Part shown: positions 17,877 through 28,012 of the stretch, one piece after another
Layout: every line of letters begins with the position of its first letter
How positions within the stretch are numbered: position 1 is the stretch's first letter
Origin: Candidatus Hermodarchaeota archaeon
GTDB taxonomy: Archaea > Asgardarchaeota > Thorarchaeia > Thorarchaeales > Thorarchaeaceae
Assembly: GCA_048885865.1 (NCBI GenBank)
Contig: JBHLLF010000003.1
Span: forward strand, 1 to 64,000
Length of the DNA stretch: 64,000 bases
Direction: 5' to 3'
Notes under the pieces: generated by a model
Databases searched by the model: none
Told to the model about the DNA's origin: nothing
What the model saw: the letters and a program-made list of their open reading frames with translations, nothing else
Position numbers and translations under genes: made by a program

Positions 17877-18940
17877 CCATGCGGGTCTTCTCGCTCTCCT
17901 GATTGGATACCCACTATCTCATCATAGAGCTTCTGAGTTATTGGACCAATTCCTCCATCGCCAACAGAATGAGGAGTGTCCTTATAGTGAAGAGTGCCGA
18001 CAGGAGCGATTATTGCTGCAGTACCACATCCAAAGATCTCTTTGACCTTTCCATCTTTGAGGCCGCTCATGACTTCATCAATCGATATCTTTCGTTCCTT
18101 GACATTCAAGCCCCAGTCCGCGGCAAGCTGCAACACGGAGTCCCGTGTAATTCCAGGAAGAATCGTGCCTGCTAGTGGAGGCGTCGCCAATTCATCATCA
18201 AACACCACACAGATGTTCATTGTGCCAACTTCCTCGAGATACTTCCTATCATGTGCATCAAGCCACAGGACTTGTGAGTAGCCAGCCCGATTGGCCTCCG
18301 TACCTGCCAAAAGTCCGGCAGCATAGTTACCCATGGTCTTAGCTGAACCTATGCCACCATCTGCGGCTCTTACATGCTGTTCAGCAATCATGATCCCAAC
18401 AGGATTGAATCCTTCTTTGAAATAGGGCCCAACAGGACTTAGAATGACATAATACAGGTATTCCGTGGAAGGTCTAACACCGAGCTTTGGTTCAGTGCCA
18501 ATCAATGTTGGGCGTATATACAATGAGCTACCAGGAACTTGTGGAACCCAGTCACGCTCAATATGAATGAGTTTCTTCAGCGACTCCAAAGCAAATTCGT
18601 TATCCAGAGTAGGCATCACCATTCTCTCTGCCGAAGCATTCAACCGCTCTATGTTCTTGTCAGGTCTAAAGAGAAATACTCGGTCTTCACGTCGATAGGC
18701 CTTCAATCCTTCGAAGATTCCTTGGCCATAGTGTAGTACAAGAGCCGCAGGATTCAATGAGAGGGATTGGAATGGTCCGATTAGAGGGTTTTTCCACTTC
18801 CCGTCTGAGTAAGTCATTGAGAACATGTGGTCGGTGAATATTGTGCCAAAAGCGACACTCATAACATCTGTCGGCTTAGGTTTTCGATTCTCCTCCGGAA
18901 CAAGATCAATCCTCAAATCCATCGTTGTTCCCTCGAACAA
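17855..18940 (-). CDS. ilvE: Branched-chain amino acid aminotransferase
   Basis: LHYGQGIFEGLKAY, LYIRP, AKTMGNY, EEVGTMN, ILPGITRDS, GTAA. Confidence 0.96.
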   Translation of the reverse strand: MFEGTTMDLRIDLVPEENRKPKPTDVMSVAFGTIFTDHMFSMTYSDGKWKNPLIGPFQSLSLNPAALVLHYGQGIFEGLKAYRREDRVFLFRPDKNIERLNASAERMVMPTLDNEFALESLKKLIHIERDWVPQVPGSSLYIRPTLIGTEPKLGVRPSTEYLYYVILSPVGPYFKEGFNPVGIMIAEQHVRAADGGIGSAKTMGNYAAGLLAGTEANRAGYSQVLWLDAHDRKYLEEVGTMNICVVFDDELATPPLAGTILPGITRDSVLQLAADWGLNVKERKISIDEVMSGLKDGKVKEIFGCGTAAIIAPVGTLHYKDTPHSVGDGGIGPITQKLYDEIVGIQSGEREDPHGWVMEVE

Positions 18941-19025
18941 TGGTCTATTCTACCTCCTCATAAAGTCTGGGTATTATCCGGATTTGTGAATCATTTATTA
19001 GTAGAACTCGGAATGAGCCAATTAG

Positions 19026-19421
19026 GTGCATCCAATGGGTGAGGATGAGGAGAAGACCGAGAAATCGAAAAAGAAGAAAGCGGCTGATTACACTGAGCTC
19101 GAATTTGAGCTTGGAGAATTAGAATTTGAAGCTAAGGGCAAATCGAAGGTTGTAGAGCGCATGTTTTACACACTTCTGGAGAAGCTCGAAACAGGAAAGC
19201 TGAAAGCAATCACAGCAGCAGTCAAGGAGCTTGAGGATGCTGTGGATCTGGAGGAAGAAGAGGAAGAGGAGGAGGAGGAGGAGGAGGAAGAGGAAGAGGA
19301 GGAGATGGAGGAGGAAGAGGAATCATACAGTGAACCACCTCCAAAATGGGATTTTCTTGATACAGAAACGCCTCCTGAGTCAGAACCTGAGAAAGAAGCC
19401 CGCGAAGCAGAATCTGAGTAG
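19026..19421 (+). CDS. Acidic hypothetical protein with poly-Glu tract
   Basis: 131 aa; GAG/GAA run at about 19250-19322. Confidence 0.75.
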   Translation: MHPMGEDEEKTEKSKKKKAADYTELEFELGELEFEAKGKSKVVERMFYTLLEKLETGKLKAITAAVKELEDAVDLEEEEEEEEEEEEEEEEEEMEEEEESYSEPPPKWDFLDTETPPESEPEKEAREAESE

Positions 19422-19470
19422 AGTCCGACACTGTTCGCATGTGCTTAAGAAAACCCTTAAGCCTGGATGA

Positions 19471-20109
19471 ATGATACGTGAAATGCGATTATATGGAGAG
19501 CTGCCCATGAGTCACCACACGGGAGGTCCAAGGGATGATTATTACCTTGACCCCAAAGACGTACTAGCTCAATATAGTGTTGAATGGGTCTCTCTCCGGA
19601 AATCCTACGAAGAACTCAAGGCTCAGCTAGACCAAGTGAAGGCTGAGCTCTCTGAACTTGACAGTAAATTAGAGAAAGGGGAGATATCTGAAAAAGAGCA
19701 CATTCAGGAATATAGAGAGAAATGGCGTGTTTCGACACAAATGGTCCAGGTCAAAAGAGAAGTGGAAGGTCGCCTCTATGAGATCCAGAAAGAAATACGC
19801 ACGGCAAATAGACAGCTGAAACAACTTGAAGAAGAGAAGCATCGAAGAGAACGCCTGGAACAGGAAAAGAGCAATGCTATGATTGAATGGATGTCGTTGA
19901 AGCAGGGCTTCGAGTTGGTGGAGCAGAAACGGCGAGAAATCACAGGCGAAATGGACAAGCTGGAGGTTCAGAGAAGGCAAGGTTCAATTTCAGAACAGAA
20001 TTATAGAGGTCAGCGAGTTGAGCAAATTAAAGAGCTGGCCCAGTTGTCAACTGTTGAATCAGATGTGAAGAGGAGACTAGCCGAGCTTCTTGAGATAATA
20101 AGAAAATGA
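19471..20109 (+). CDS. CdvA-like coiled-coil protein
   Basis: Long heptads with two L..G(E/S)IS..(H/Y) hairpin turns typical of CdvA-type coiled coils. Confidence 0.65.
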   Translation: MIREMRLYGELPMSHHTGGPRDDYYLDPKDVLAQYSVEWVSLRKSYEELKAQLDQVKAELSELDSKLEKGEISEKEHIQEYREKWRVSTQMVQVKREVEGRLYEIQKEIRTANRQLKQLEEEKHRRERLEQEKSNAMIEWMSLKQGFELVEQKRREITGEMDKLEVQRRQGSISEQNYRGQRVEQIKELAQLSTVESDVKRRLAELLEIIRK

Positions 20110-20113
20110 GAAG

Positions 20114-20137
20114 GCAGACCCCTATGACGGGGCCTGC
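20114..20137. terminator. GC-rich hairpin between convergent genes
   Basis: GCAG-A-CCCC...GGGG-C-CTGC. Confidence 0.45.
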
Positions 20138-20148
20138 GGAACTAGGAG

Positions 20149-21495
20149 TTATGCGTAGAATCCTTGAGCAATCATTGCATCAGCCACTTTCAGGAAGCCT
20201 GCAATGTTTGCACCTAGGACGTAATTGCCTTTTTCGCCGAATTTCTCGGAGGTCTTGTAGGCATTTTCATGGATGGCAACCATGATGCCATGCAATCTCT
20301 TGTCGACTTCCTCTCGGGTCCAGAAGTATCGCTGACTGTTCTGAGCCATCTCAAGTCCAGAAACCGAAACGCCACCAGCGTTAGCTGCTTTTCCAGGACC
20401 ATAGAGCACCTTAGCCTCATGGAATATCTCGACGGCTTCCGGTATGCATGGCATATTTGCTCCCTCACCGACAGCTAAAACGCCATTATCTACAAGTGCC
20501 TGTGCCTCTTTGGCATCTACCTCGTTCTGAGTAGCACTTGGGAGTGCGATATCACACTTCAATTCCCATGGGCTCCCACCAGCAGTATAGTCTACCTTGA
20601 AGTGTTCACCGTACTCTTTGATGCGTCCTCTCCGAACATTCTTCAACTCCATGATCCATGCAAGCTTCTCTCTGTCGATACCATCTGGATCATGAATCCA
20701 GCCGCTTGAGTCGCTTAGAGCAATAACCTTGGCACCTAGATCAATGCATTTCTCAGTGGCATATTGAGCAACATTACCGGAACCTGAAACGACAGCTTTC
20801 TTGCCCTTGATGTCTTCGCCTCTTGTCTTCAACATTTCCTCAACAAAGTAGACACAGCCATAGCCAGTTGCCTCAGGACGAATAAGGGACCCGCCATAGG
20901 TGGGGCCTTTTCCAGTAAGGACGCAGGTACCATGAACGTTTGTGGCTTTTCTAAAAGCGCCGTAGAGATATCCAATCTCCCGCGCTCCAACGCCAATGTC
21001 ACCAGCTGGAACATCTATGAATTGGCCGATATGCCTGTAGAGCTCAAGCATGAAGCTAGTACAGAAATTCTCAACCTCAGCATCAGTCTTGCCCTTTGGA
21101 TCGAAGTCAGAGCCACCTTTTCCACCCCCCATAGGCAGCGTTGTCAGGCTGTTCTTGAAGACCTGCTCGAACCCTAGAAATTTCAAAATCCCTTGGGTCA
21201 CAGTTGGATGGAAGCGAAGGCCTCCCTTGTACGGGCCAATTGCGCTATTGAATTGGATTCGGAAACCTCTGTTGACCTGAATCTTGCCATCTCGATCTTT
21301 CCAAGGAATCCTGAATTGAATTATGCGCTCCGGTTCAGTTATTCTTTCCAGAATCGAGAACTCCTTATATTTTGGATACTTCTTTACTGCAGGTTCCAGA
21401 GATTCCAATACCTCGAGAACTGCCTGATGAAAGACTTTCTGATGTGGGTCCTTCTCAACGACCTTGTTGTATACACTCTCTATGTAGTTATCCAA
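20149..21495 (-). CDS. gdhA: NADP-type glutamate dehydrogenase
   Basis: GPYKGGLRFHP, GGGKGGSDFDP, DVPAGDIGVG, RPEATGYG, SGSGNV, EGANMP. Confidence 0.97.
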   Translation of the reverse strand: MDNYIESVYNKVVEKDPHQKVFHQAVLEVLESLEPAVKKYPKYKEFSILERITEPERIIQFRIPWKDRDGKIQVNRGFRIQFNSAIGPYKGGLRFHPTVTQGILKFLGFEQVFKNSLTTLPMGGGKGGSDFDPKGKTDAEVENFCTSFMLELYRHIGQFIDVPAGDIGVGAREIGYLYGAFRKATNVHGTCVLTGKGPTYGGSLIRPEATGYGCVYFVEEMLKTRGEDIKGKKAVVSGSGNVAQYATEKCIDLGAKVIALSDSSGWIHDPDGIDREKLAWIMELKNVRRGRIKEYGEHFKVDYTAGGSPWELKCDIALPSATQNEVDAKEAQALVDNGVLAVGEGANMPCIPEAVEIFHEAKVLYGPGKAANAGGVSVSGLEMAQNSQRYFWTREEVDKRLHGIMVAIHENAYKTSEKFGEKGNYVLGANIAGFLKVADAMIAQGFYA

Positions 21496-21669
21496 CAGAC
21501 CTCACTCACCTGTAGTGATTAACGAGGCGGGTCGCGTCGGGACTTGCACATAAATGAATCGATAATGGCTCAATCACTAGAAATTGCACTAACAGCGGGA
21601 TTCATTGAATTCTCATGCTCCATGCAATGACAAGAACAGTCATTAGCCAAAGATTACCGGATTAGGAAC

Positions 21670-22338
21670 ATGGTTGATTTCGAGCAGGAATGGATATCAC
21701 CAATTCTTGAGGTCTACAAGAAGGATACTAGGTTTGAAGAAGTGAGTATAATCCTTGGCTTGAACCCGATAGGACAGTCAATTTGCCGACGGCTCTATGA
21801 ACACAACACGTTTGAAACCGTTCTTGTCTTCAATTCCCCTTCGTTCTCAACCTGGACAAGATATCCAACAGAGATGAAAGCTCCTGTTGTCCCGGTCCAT
21901 GCAATGATTTCGGGTGACCTAATGCTAATTTTCGGCGACATCCTGATACGGGAATATGAATGGGTCACCGATATGTTGTTTTACCTTCGGGGGAAAGTTC
22001 CAACAAGATTCGTCATTGCCCTCATGACTCACGATGGGGCAACATGTGGACAAGTGATGTCATCAAAAGGCGACCGCCTTCTAAAAAGGATAGAAGTGCC
22101 CCTTGGCAAATCCGATTTCTATGATGGTCTAACTGCCCCGCTCCTTAGCATTGGACCTGTTGCGGGATTGGATCCAGTTGTGTTGTTTCTTGAGAGAGCT
22201 GTTGAAACAGACCATATCCTACAGGTCGATGACATAACAGTTCATCAGGGGGATGTAGAAAAGGGACTCAGTCTCCTTGACAAGGGACTCGGTCTAAATA
22301 TGCCGGGCGTTCCGGGATATGGATCTAGCTCCGACTAA
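21670..22338 (+). CDS. Divergent PAC2/proteasome-assembly-chaperone-like protein
   Basis: G...IGQ.I...L, GLTAPLL and terminal L..L.K.LGL patterns of the PAC2 fold. Confidence 0.55.
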   Translation: MVDFEQEWISPILEVYKKDTRFEEVSIILGLNPIGQSICRRLYEHNTFETVLVFNSPSFSTWTRYPTEMKAPVVPVHAMISGDLMLIFGDILIREYEWVTDMLFYLRGKVPTRFVIALMTHDGATCGQVMSSKGDRLLKRIEVPLGKSDFYDGLTAPLLSIGPVAGLDPVVLFLERAVETDHILQVDDITVHQGDVEKGLSLLDKGLGLNMPGVPGYGSSSD

Positions 22339-23075
22339 CTAAGCTCCTCTGACTTCCTTGTCTGGCCAAAGCCCGTTCGATCTCGTGTTTGCCTAGAAGA
22401 GTCACTAAGATCTGTTGAATCATCACTCATCTTGATGTCACACTCCTCGCACATCAATGCCCTTGTACTCTTCACATCTACAATTCTTCCACACGAGATG
22501 CATGCCCATAGTCCCGATTGAAGCATCATTGTCTTACGAAAGACGAGTCGGGCCAGCTCCTTCAAATCTGTTGGACAGTCCTTTGCCACCCCAATTACTC
22601 CTTCCTGTGACCACTCACAAATCACTGAAACTAGTGTAGTTGTTAGTTCGATTATCTGGGTTGTAAGTTCTTCAATCTCGGTGGATGTTTCTGATTTCAC
22701 ATCGCTTGGTGCCTGAGGAACAGAAGAAAGAACCTCGAGATAAGCAAAGAAAGCAGGAGCTGGAAATCGATCCTTTCCTTTTGCTTCTACCATTTGGCCG
22801 AGAACTGCGGAAATCATTAGTGTTTGTGTGTAGTCTTCCTTCAAGATCTTCTCTATCTCTTTGATAGTCTTGAGGGCGTCGATTTGATATTTCTTCGCAT
22901 CAAGACCATGCTTCTTTGCTAGTGCTTGAACTGCCTGAAGTAGCCCCTTTCCCTCATTCATAGCCTCATTGATATTCCTAGCCACATGCTTGTAAGGCAA
23001 CCCAGTGTCACGGGCAATCTTCTGGAGAAGGTCTCTTGCTGTCAGACTCAATAAACACACACCTGATGATGACAA
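22335..23075 (-). CDS. Hypothetical protein with C-terminal Zn finger
   Basis: CISCG...CEEC. Confidence 0.75.
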   Translation of the reverse strand: MSSSGVCLLSLTARDLLQKIARDTGLPYKHVARNINEAMNEGKGLLQAVQALAKKHGLDAKKYQIDALKTIKEIEKILKEDYTQTLMISAVLGQMVEAKGKDRFPAPAFFAYLEVLSSVPQAPSDVKSETSTEIEELTTQIIELTTTLVSVICEWSQEGVIGVAKDCPTDLKELARLVFRKTMMLQSGLWACISCGRIVDVKSTRALMCEECDIKMSDDSTDLSDSSRQTRDRTGFGQTRKSEELS

Positions 23076-23139
23076 AGATTAGCGAGCGTACAATCTTTTA
23101 GTGACTTTGTAAGACATTACTCTGGCGAGTGACATATAG

Positions 23140-23703
23140 ATGATGCTATCGGATGTCGATATTGAGAAGGCGATAAAGGAGGGGTCTATCCTCATAGATC
23201 CATTCTCTCTTGATTCACTTGGTCCATGTAGTATAGACCTCAGGCTAGACAGTGTATTTCGAATCTACAATCCTGGCACACCTATTGATATAGAGAATCG
23301 AGAAGAGTTGGACAAGGACACGAAACTCGTTGATACAGAAGGGAAGCCCTTCATGATTCTCCCAGGACAATTCATTCTTGGCCAGACAATTGAACGAATC
23401 AGAATTAGCTCTAGCTATGCGGCGCTCTTGGAGGGAAAGTCCAGCATAGCCCGATTGGGTATTATTGTACACGCCGCTGGCTTGGTAAACCCTGGAACGG
23501 GATTGAAAATGCCTGGCAAGCTGACATTGGAGATCTATTGTGAGAATCTCAGTCCAGTTCTACTCCGACCAGGGATGTCAATAGTTCAGATTATGTTTGT
23601 ACCTCTAAGCAGTCCAGCGAAACGCGGATATGACGACCGAGATGAGAGCCACTATGTTGGACAAGACAGCCCAGATGTGGCGTATAAAGGCAAAGTATCT
23701 TAA
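23140..23703 (+). CDS. dcd: dCTP deaminase
   Basis: SIDLRL, EGKSSIARLG, LTLEI, Q+MF, Y.GQ motifs. Confidence 0.92.
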   Translation: MMLSDVDIEKAIKEGSILIDPFSLDSLGPCSIDLRLDSVFRIYNPGTPIDIENREELDKDTKLVDTEGKPFMILPGQFILGQTIERIRISSSYAALLEGKSSIARLGIIVHAAGLVNPGTGLKMPGKLTLEIYCENLSPVLLRPGMSIVQIMFVPLSSPAKRGYDDRDESHYVGQDSPDVAYKGKVS

Positions 23704-23735
23704 AGGGACGAAGACCGCCACAAACTCAGCGGTGG

Positions 23736-24728
23736 TTGAAGATGAAGGATTACGATGTGGTCCTTGCAAGCGGTGCAGAGCATCTTAGGGAGCGATTCGA
23801 AGAACATGGCTTTCGTGTTTTCACATCGAATCTTAATTATGACAGCAGGCGTCTTTTCCCAAACACGGACATTTATGCTAGGCTGGGAAGAGTTTCTGAG
23901 CTGTCAGGCCGGAAAGTGATTGTAATCCAAAGCTGCACTGGTGCTGGTCCCGCTGAATTTGAGCGCTATACAACTTCTGATAGAGTTCTTGAGCTACTCC
24001 TTCTTCTTGACATCCTAGCAAATCCCGTGGCTGTTGAGAAAATCGGACACAAGCAATTCAAGGAAACTCCTATTGAACCGCCATCTAGAATAGAAGTGGT
24101 TCTAACGTTTCAACCATTTGCGCTCCAAGACAAATCATTCTTAACTGGTGAGGCTTCAGCCGGAAGATGGGCTACAAACCAAATCGCCAAAGCATGCGAC
24201 AAAATATGGGTTGTGAACCCGCATGCACCTGATGACCTACCTTGGGTGAAAGATTTCACTGAAAAAGGAATATATCAGGAAATAGACGTCATCCCGGACC
24301 TCATCGATTTTGGTCGAGAGAAATTCGGTTTTTCAGATTGCCTGGTTGTCACTCCAGATGAAGGTGCCAAGCAACGCTATGATATTGAGGGATTTGGAAA
24401 AAGCCGAGCAAATTCATATTGTGTTGAATTACATGGAGACCTTGATGTTAAGGGAAGGCAAGTCATTATAATTGATGACCTCACTAAGAGTGGCAGTACA
24501 TTATTGAAAGCTGCTGAACGACTATATTCACTCGGCGCGTCTGATGTAGGCATGGCTGTAGCACATGTCCTACCAATAAGCGACCGAGGAGAGAAGCTCT
24601 TGGAAGCTTTAATTGAGAAGAGCAAGGAGAGAATAGTGACGACTAATACAGTTCGAACTCATGCATTTTGCGAGGATGAGCCTGACCTGACCTATAACAT
24701 AGTAGACACACTTGTGAAAGAGCTATAA
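23736..24728 (+). CDS. Divergent ribose-phosphate pyrophosphokinase-like / PRTase protein
   Basis: FPNTDIY, VVTPDEGA, PRPP loop VIIIDDLTKSGSTL, IVTTNT. Confidence 0.75.
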   Translation: MKMKDYDVVLASGAEHLRERFEEHGFRVFTSNLNYDSRRLFPNTDIYARLGRVSELSGRKVIVIQSCTGAGPAEFERYTTSDRVLELLLLLDILANPVAVEKIGHKQFKETPIEPPSRIEVVLTFQPFALQDKSFLTGEASAGRWATNQIAKACDKIWVVNPHAPDDLPWVKDFTEKGIYQEIDVIPDLIDFGREKFGFSDCLVVTPDEGAKQRYDIEGFGKSRANSYCVELHGDLDVKGRQVIIIDDLTKSGSTLLKAAERLYSLGASDVGMAVAHVLPISDRGEKLLEALIEKSKERIVTTNTVRTHAFCEDEPDLTYNIVDTLVKEL

Positions 24729-24748
24729 AAGGAATTTAGCAATCAGGC

Positions 24749-24973
24749 CTAGTCAAGATAGTCTTCCGCTTTGGATTTCGCAGCCCAAGCCTTTTCAGTG
24801 GCTCGCTCAACCAAATCTCGCTTCTCCAAATCATTAAGAGCCATAACAACCTCGTTTTTATTGCACTCAATGTGTCGCTTTTGAAGAGTTCTCGTGATGG
24901 CTCCTGCTCTGCGGTTGTCCTCCAAAATGAGGGCAAGTATTTCGCGCTGCAGTTCAGTAATCTCTTCGCTCAT
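24749..24973 (-). CDS. Small winged-helix protein
   Basis: MSEEITELQREILALI...EVVMALNDLEKRDLVER; start taken at ATG 24973. Confidence 0.7.
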   Translation of the reverse strand: MSEEITELQREILALILEDNRRAGAITRTLQKRHIECNKNEVVMALNDLEKRDLVERATEKAWAAKSKAEDYLD

Positions 24974-25097
24974 ATTCAACACTGCACCACGGCCTCTGCA
25001 GGGCGCTTTTAAGGCTATCTCCAAATGAATCCAGATAACCATTCCATCGAAACGCTTTTCTTATAGCCAGACTCGGCGCCCGTGGGTTGGCTACTAA

Positions 25098-25838
25098 ATG
25101 GGAAGTGACAAGGAATACCACATTGACATTGCGCCTGGAGAGATACCCGAACTCGTCCTGCTTCCTGGAGACCCTGATAGAGCTCGACTTATAGCTGAGC
25201 GATTTTTCGACAATCCGGTAGAGGTTGGGAAGAAACGTGAATATTGGAGCTTCAAAGGGACTTACAAGGGCGTACCAGTTGGCGTCTGCTCAACTGGAAT
25301 TGGCTGCCCATCTGCGGCCATTGCAATTGAAGAACTCGTAAAGGTGGGCTGCAAAGTCTTCGTCCGAGTCGGAACAGCTGGTGCAATACATCCACACCTG
25401 ATCGCAGGAAATGTTATCATATTCACCGGCGCGGTTAGAGATGATGGAACCTCTAGACAATATGTTCCGCTTGAGTTTCCGGCTGTTGCCGACCCGGAGG
25501 TAGTGGTGGCACTTATACATGCTGCAGAAATGCGGGGAGCAGAATACTATGTTGGTATTGGCCACAGCAAAGATGCGTTCTATAGTGAGTATCCAGACCT
25601 CGTGACAAATTCCAAGGCCATGAGAGAACATTGGGAGTTCATGAAAAGAGCGAATGTGCTTGCAACAGAGATGGAATCAGCTGCATTGTTTGTCATTGGA
25701 CACCTTCGTGGAGTCAAAGTTGGGACAATTTGCGTAATCGTGGGTGAGAATATCGAGAAGGAAGCAAAGATTGTTGGAAAGCCGCCTCTTGATGATCTGG
25801 TAACGATCGCACTTGATGCTATGATTGCGTTGAAGTAG
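25098..25838 (+). CDS. udp: Uridine/nucleoside phosphorylase
   Basis: YHI, LPGDP.R, STGIGCPS, RVGTAG, TEMES. Confidence 0.9.
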   Translation: MGSDKEYHIDIAPGEIPELVLLPGDPDRARLIAERFFDNPVEVGKKREYWSFKGTYKGVPVGVCSTGIGCPSAAIAIEELVKVGCKVFVRVGTAGAIHPHLIAGNVIIFTGAVRDDGTSRQYVPLEFPAVADPEVVVALIHAAEMRGAEYYVGIGHSKDAFYSEYPDLVTNSKAMREHWEFMKRANVLATEMESAALFVIGHLRGVKVGTICVIVGENIEKEAKIVGKPPLDDLVTIALDAMIALK

Positions 25839-25863
25839 AAGATTTGAACTGGAAACCTCTGGC

Positions 25864-26703
25864 TTAGATTCCACCAAACCACACTTTCTTCTGTACTGCC
25901 ATATGGAGATTCTCAGCTGTGGTTTTATCTAGCCCTGTTGTCAGTGCGAGCTGCTCAGCGCTGGTAGCTACTATGTCAGTCACATTTGCATAGCCAGCAT
26001 TGAATATCGCGGTTATTGTAGGATCTGGAATTCCCAACTCCATGAGAAGGCTACGAAGTTCCACTTTGCTGGTTTCATCTGCAGCAGGAGGTTTGACTCC
26101 AGGCAGCTCTTGCTCCAGTGGGTCTTCTGTGACAGGCGTAGCAGGAGCTCCAGGTGGTCCACCTGGTGCTGGAGCTCCAGGTGGTCCAGCTGGTGCAGGT
26201 TCAGTAGGAGCCTTGGACGGCTTCTTGACTGGAGCACCTCCATGCTCTGCAATAAAGGAGGGTCGCAACATCACGAGGCCGGTAATCACCATTGCAATTA
26301 ACAGCGGGACCATGAAGATGTTACTTATGTCTATTCCAATCAATGTCCCACCTGGGCCAGGTGCCAGTAATCCATTCTCGATTCCATTGAAAATGATGTC
26401 AGTCCAAGAATCTCCGGACAAATCAGTCGCAAGAAAGAGCCAGAAGGGAGAGAAGAGAGCAAATCCTCCTGCCTCGAAGATGATGAATTCGCGGAAACTA
26501 TCCCTACGGTTGGCATACACAATAATGACTGGAAATATCGCAATACAAAGCGAGATAAAGAACCACAGTATATACAATGACCATATCGATGCGAGGACTT
26601 GTGGGTCAGTCACACCCTGGCCTGCTATTTTAGGAAAAATGCTGCCGACGAATATTATACCTGGAAGAAGTGCGCCGATGAAGATACCTTGGCCATATCG
26701 CAT
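25864..26703 (-). CDS. Membrane protein with Pro-rich linker and C-terminal helix-hairpin-helix domain
   Basis: 4 TM segments; PAPAGPPGAP linker; GI...I..AGY..V.DI....EQL...GL....A..L. Confidence 0.8.
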   Translation of the reverse strand: MRYGQGIFIGALLPGIIFVGSIFPKIAGQGVTDPQVLASIWSLYILWFFISLCIAIFPVIIVYANRRDSFREFIIFEAGGFALFSPFWLFLATDLSGDSWTDIIFNGIENGLLAPGPGGTLIGIDISNIFMVPLLIAMVITGLVMLRPSFIAEHGGAPVKKPSKAPTEPAPAGPPGAPAPGGPPGAPATPVTEDPLEQELPGVKPPAADETSKVELRSLLMELGIPDPTITAIFNAGYANVTDIVATSAEQLALTTGLDKTTAENLHMAVQKKVWFGGI

Positions 26704-26851
26704 GCTCCAAACTCACCTCAGACACGCTGGAACGAATCAGAATAGTGCCCACATTCTTTTAGATGTTTTCAGAATGTATGCCCTTGCATGATGGGCTTCA
26801 GAGCATCATGCTTATGAGCCTTCGAAAGAGGTCATAGGCTGGATGATTTGA

Positions 26852-27937
26852 TTGAGGCCCTTCATCATAGTGGGGACGAGACCAGAGATTGTAAAGATGG
26901 CCCCCATCGTTTATGAATGTGAAAATAGAGGCATCGAATATTATTTCCTCCATACCGGGCAACATTATTCAGAGTCCATGAGCAGCTCGATTTTCGAAGA
27001 TATGGGATTGCGCACGCCCGACAAGAATCTGAATGTTGGATCAGGAACACAGTCAGAGCAAACTGCTAAAGCTCTCGTAGGCATTGAGAAAGAACTCATT
27101 CATGAGAAACCTGATGTAGTTCTAGTCCAGGGTGACACCAACGCAGTTCTTTCAGCAGCTCTCGCTAGTGCAAAGCTTCGGATACCATTGGCTCATGTTG
27201 AAGCAGGCCTCAGGAGCTATGACCGACGAATGCCTGAGGAACACAACAGACGACTAACAGACCATGTTTCCGACTTTCTGTTTGCCCCCACAGAGAATTC
27301 AGCCGAGATACTCAGAAAGGAGAATGTATGGGGCAAGGTATTCGTCACCGGAAACACCGTGATAGATGCAGTCGAGAATCGTCTACCACTCGCCCTAGAG
27401 CAAGCAGATCCAACTATCACCGCCGGATTCGACTCCTTCGCATTATTGACTCTCCATCGATCAGAAAACGTGGATAATGAGGCATTACTGAAGGGACTTG
27501 TAGAGGGCCTTTTGGAACTTGAAATCTCGATTCTATTCCCTGCGCATCCGAGAACTGTGAAACAGCTGACCAAGTTTGGACTTATGTCTATGATCAAAAG
27601 CGCCGACTGGATTCGAGTAATAGAACCCGTGGCATATCTCGACTTCCTTTCATTGATGAAGAGATGCTACTTCATTTTGACTGACTCTGGAGGTATTCAG
27701 GAGGAGGCAACCGCACCTTCAATCAACAAGAGAGTCTTTGTTCTAAGGACCTCAACAGAAAGACCAGAAGCGGTGAAGTCAGGGCATGCCGAAGTTGTAG
27801 GCGTGAATCCTAGGGAGTTCCCCAGTTTGGTTTCTCAAAGCGTTCAAGAGGGATTGAATAATGTGAGACATTGCCCGTACGGACAAGGCGATGCCTCAAG
27901 GAAAATCATAGACATCCTTAGCAAGGAGTTTGAGTAA
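26852..27937 (+). CDS. wecB: UDP-N-acetylglucosamine 2-epimerase
   Basis: GTRPE, HTGQH, VQGDT, HVEAGLRS, PEE.NR, TDSGG.QEEA. Confidence 0.96.
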   Translation: MRPFIIVGTRPEIVKMAPIVYECENRGIEYYFLHTGQHYSESMSSSIFEDMGLRTPDKNLNVGSGTQSEQTAKALVGIEKELIHEKPDVVLVQGDTNAVLSAALASAKLRIPLAHVEAGLRSYDRRMPEEHNRRLTDHVSDFLFAPTENSAEILRKENVWGKVFVTGNTVIDAVENRLPLALEQADPTITAGFDSFALLTLHRSENVDNEALLKGLVEGLLELEISILFPAHPRTVKQLTKFGLMSMIKSADWIRVIEPVAYLDFLSLMKRCYFILTDSGGIQEEATAPSINKRVFVLRTSTERPEAVKSGHAEVVGVNPREFPSLVSQSVQEGLNNVRHCPYGQGDASRKIIDILSKEFE

Positions 27938-28012
27938 CAAGGATGTGTTTATTCCGTCATTCTTATCTTCAAACAGAGTTACGGCAGTCGGACATCCTAG
28001 GAGAGAAATGGA

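Noticed and set aside
19231-19470. Poly-Arg and poly-Pro ORFs
   Set aside because: Alternative frames of the GAG-repeat poly-Glu tract.
26000-26791. 263-aa plus-strand ORF
   Set aside because: Antisense to the membrane HhH gene; no recognisable motifs.
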